Origin: a virus
Virus record (IMG/VR): IMGVR_UViG_3300037418_002743
Coordinates: 32,001-96,000 of that record
Length of the DNA stretch: 64,000 nucleotides
Strand: one strand, 5' to 3'
Shown: one piece after another, positions 62,515 to 64,000 of the stretch
Numbering within the stretch: the first letter of the stretch is position 1
Layout: every line of letters starts with the position of its first letter
Position numbers and translations under genes: made by a program
The notes under the pieces: generated by a model
Databases searched by the model: none
Told to the model about the DNA's origin: nothing
What the model saw: the letters and a program-made list of their open reading frames with translations, nothing else

Positions 62515-63380
62515 GGCAGGAGGATCCGATCGTTCGGGTTCAGGCTGTTCGGGTCACGGAGCCCGTTGAGCGTCGCGATCAAGGACCACTTCCGGTAGTC
62601 GCCGAGCTCGCGGGCCGCGATGCGGGCGAGGGTGTCCCCGTCCCGCACGACGTAGGTCCGGGCCCCGACGAGCGTCGGGAGGATCTGGGCGAGCTGCGGG
62701 AGCGCGGAGTCGACCACGACCTGCGCGCCCGCGGCGTTGTTCGGGATGCTCGCGACGAAGGACGCCAGCTCCGAGGTGATCGACGAGGTGACGTCCGGAG
62801 AGGCGGAGGAGAGCAGGTTCGGCAGCTGCTCGAGGAGCGCGGCGAGCTGCGCGGGGATCTGCACGCCGGAGGCCCGGAGGATCCCGAGGATCGCCGCGGT
62901 CTGCGCGGCCAGCGTCGGGGAGCCCGGCACGGCCGTGGAGCCGGTGTACTCGATGAGCGTCAGGTCGAGGGCCTGCTGGATGAGCGCGCCGTCCCGCCGC
63001 CGGGTCTGGTCGTCCGACCAGTCGATCTGCTGCACCACCCAGCCGGTCACCCCGAACTGCGTGACGGGGCCGACGATCGAGAGGATCGGCGGCTGGTGCG
63101 TCGCGGTCGTCGGGTGCCGCCAGGTCTCCACGAGGGTGACGGAGTAGTCGATCGACTGGTCCCCGTCGGCGCCGTCGAGGATGAGCGGGAGCTTCATCTG
63201 CACGAGCTGGTCCTGCGTGAACTCCAGGAACGGCTTGCGCTTCGGGCGCGTGACGGGCGACCAGGCGTAGCCGCCGGAGGCGTACTGGGAGACCTGCGCC
63301 GCCCCAGCCATCCCGAACCCCACGGAGGGGCCGGGCGGCTGGGACGGGGTGATCCACAGGTCGGGAGTGGGCACGTGCAT
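62511..63380 (-). CDS. Tail tube initiator with C-terminal LysM domain
   Basis: RTYVVRDGDTLARIAARELGDYRKWSLIATLNGLRDPNSL. Confidence 0.85.
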   Translation of the reverse strand: MHVPTPDLWITPSQPPGPSVGFGMAGAAQVSQYASGGYAWSPVTRPKRKPFLEFTQDQLVQMKLPLILDGADGDQSIDYSVTLVETWRHPTTATHQPPILSIVGPVTQFGVTGWVVQQIDWSDDQTRRRDGALIQQALDLTLIEYTGSTAVPGSPTLAAQTAAILGILRASGVQIPAQLAALLEQLPNLLSSASPDVTSSITSELASFVASIPNNAAGAQVVVDSALPQLAQILPTLVGARTYVVRDGDTLARIAARELGDYRKWSLIATLNGLRDPNSLNPNDRILLP

Positions 63381-63393
63381 CACCTCTCGTGCG

Positions 63394-64000
63394 TCAGCGG
63401 CGGGCGATGGCGTCCGAGAGCCCCTGCATGGTGGCCTCGTAGACCGCATGCGGGTCCGACGCCTGGTGGATCACGACGGCGCCGGGCTGCACGATGACCT
63501 GCGTTCCGCCGAGGCTGCGACTGATCGTCGTGGTGTCCGAGGAGTTGATGACCGTCCCGTCGGAGGCGGGGACGAACAGCTCCGGACCGCGCTCCCCGAC
63601 GAGGTAGGGGAACCCGGTGGAGACGGGGCCGCCGTTCGCCCGCGCTCCCGCGATCGGGAGCGCGACGCCGCCGCCCGAGTACCAGCCATAGGTCTGCTCG
63701 TGCGCGAGCGCGCCCTCCGGGGACCCGTAGCGGGAGGCGATGTAGTTGAGACCGGCGGCGGTCTGCGCGGACGGGTCAGACGTCTTGCTCGCCCCGTACG
63801 CGCCCCAGGTGCCGTCGAGGAACTGGAACATGCCGTAGGCGGTCGACGTCGGGTTCTGGGCGTTGTTGTTGAAGCCCGACTCCCGCATGATCACGGCGTA
63901 GAGCGCATCCCACTGCGCTCCGGTCCAGCCGCGGGCGGCGGCCATCGCCTGGACGAGCCCGACGTTCCCTCCGGCCGCCGCCGGAGCGCCGGGGACGGCC
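63394..64000 (-). CDS. Tape measure protein C-terminus with lytic transglycosylase (SLT) domain; partial
   Basis: IMRESGFNNNAQNPTSTAYGMFQFL...YIASRYG; RANGGPV...VGERGPELFVP; frame is open to the window edge. Confidence 0.85.
   Translation of the reverse strand, partial: AVPGAPAAAGGNVGLVQAMAAARGWTGAQWDALYAVIMRESGFNNNAQNPTSTAYGMFQFLDGTWGAYGASKTSDPSAQTAAGLNYIASRYGSPEGALAHEQTYGWYSGGGVALPIAGARANGGPVSTGFPYLVGERGPELFVPASDGTVINSSDTTTISRSLGGTQVIVQPGAVVIHQASDPHAVYEATMQGLSDAIARR

Noticed and set aside
47839-64000. Tail cluster as a stand-alone contractile injection system or tailocin
   Set aside because: It is contiguous with endolysin/holin, immunity, replication and recombination genes typical of a full phage. 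Head genes are presumably beyond the window edge, so this cannot be fully excluded.
1-64000. tRNA/rRNA genes, IS elements, integrase and att sites
   Set aside because: No cloverleaf, rRNA-like, transposase or recombinase motifs recognised by eye; tRNAscan-SE and HMM searches would be needed to exclude them formally

Overview
This window is a 64-kb slice of a very GC-rich actinomycete temperate phage that appears to be maintained as a plasmid (a phage-plasmid). Almost all real genes are on the minus strand; most long plus-strand ORFs are GC-driven shadows. From right to left it carries: (i) 47.8-64 kb, contractile-tail, baseplate and lysis genes (tape-measure C-terminus with SLT domain, LysM, hub, spike/collar fusion, gp25, baseplate J, fibres, GH25 endolysin, holin) plus a duplicated gene pair around a 1044-aa repeat protein; (ii) 37-47.5 kb, a plasmid module with TraB-type FtsK conjugative translocase, accessory membrane genes, DUF6879/XRE-DUF5753 regulators, a DUF2637 Spd-like protein, ParA, a double-RHH partner and two short-repeat arrays (clt and parS candidates); (iii) 26.7-27.6 kb, a divergent Cro/repressor pair; (iv) 16-25 kb, recombination and replication genes (YqaJ, RecT, DEDDh exonuclease, DUF2303, replication initiator with internal iterons, RusA); (v) 0-16 kb and 28-37 kb, many small accessory genes (Lsr2, LexA DNA-binding domain only, HicA-like, SLOG, DUF932, DUF3145). 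No integrase, tRNA or CRISPR array was seen. The most striking unexplained structure is a non-coding regulatory grammar. I found 22 copies of a promoter whose -35/-10 spacer carries the palindrome TACCGC-N5-GCGGTA; 12 of them drive apparently leaderless mini-gene cassettes, mostly starting ATGACGAAC. I also found about 11 hairpins with variable stems but an invariant CUGCCA loop, followed by a UCCCUCCC box beside the ribosome-binding site. All family calls are from visual motif recognition, not database searches.
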